A stretch of 64,000 bases of DNA from Antedon mediterranea. Taxonomy: Eukaryota; Animalia; Echinodermata. Location of the stretch: the NCBI RefSeq assembly GCF_964355755.1, contig NC_092670.1, forward strand, positions 3,648,201 through 3,712,200, given 5' to 3'. How positions within the stretch are numbered: the stretch's first letter is position 1; each line of letters starts with the position of its first letter. Shown piece after piece: positions 63,677 to 64,000 of this stretch. The notes below the pieces were generated by a model that saw nothing but the letters and a program-made list of their open reading frames with translations, searched no databases and was not told the origin of the DNA. Both the position numbers and the translations under genes were made by a program.

Positions 63677-63957
63677 CTGTAAAAATAATTGTTTTACATT
63701 GATTGGTGTGTAAATAACTAGAGCAGGACGAAATGACTCGAAAAATCTGGGTACTCACTCGGAGCATGTTTCTTCTGACGTTGTGCCTAACTAGCCCATC
63801 AAGACAGAGAAAGGCTAGGCCTAACCCAACTGAGGACATAGGCTAGCTCCTGTTTATTTTGTCTATATATTCACAACTAACATAATTGCACCATGACTAA
63901 TAACTGTTCAGTCAATTTATAAGTATATTTTGTAATTTAAAGTAGAAAATAACTCAC

Positions 63958-64000
63958 CGTCAGCACTTAAACTGACAACGGAATTCACGAAACCCTCCAA
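63958..64000 (-). CDS. COPS3: COP9 signalosome subunit 3, exon 1 (truncated by the window edge)
   Basis: LEGFVNSVVSLSAD then G|GTGAGT; matches the CSN3 N-terminus (MASALEQFVNSVRQLSAQG as recalled for human). Confidence 0.92.

Overview
AT-rich, intron-containing animal genomic DNA; an invertebrate deuterostome, probably an echinoderm, is inferred from the Deu-domain SINE and repeat style and is not proven. Three protein-coding genes are supported. (1) A Mist1/BHLHA15/dimmed-class bHLH factor: main exon 42399-43046 (+), probably spliced from a 17-codon exon at 13943-13993 across a ~28.4-kb intron. (2) A five-coding-exon CARD + Death-domain adaptor (RAIDD/CRADD-like architecture) at 55851-58161 (+), 247 aa, with an unusual lysine-rich C-terminal tail. 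(3) COP9 signalosome subunit 3: 13 exons at 59871-64000 (-), start codon just beyond the window. The rest is non-coding and repeat-rich: tandem arrays (81, 17, 38, 21, 50, 85, 23 bp units), (CAT)n tracts, a 2.8-kb satellite built from two alternating palindromes, PIF/Harbinger-type and Kolobok-type MITEs, and a tRNA-headed DeuSINE. The most unusual locus is a ~1.3-kb (TA)n-delimited mosaic at 14872-16194. It packs three tRNA-like Pol III units with non-cognate anticodons, an inverted-repeat pair and a minimal Penelope-type hammerhead ribozyme motif. The palindrome TAGGCCTA is strongly over-represented throughout. All coordinates and counts were read by eye; no searches were run.
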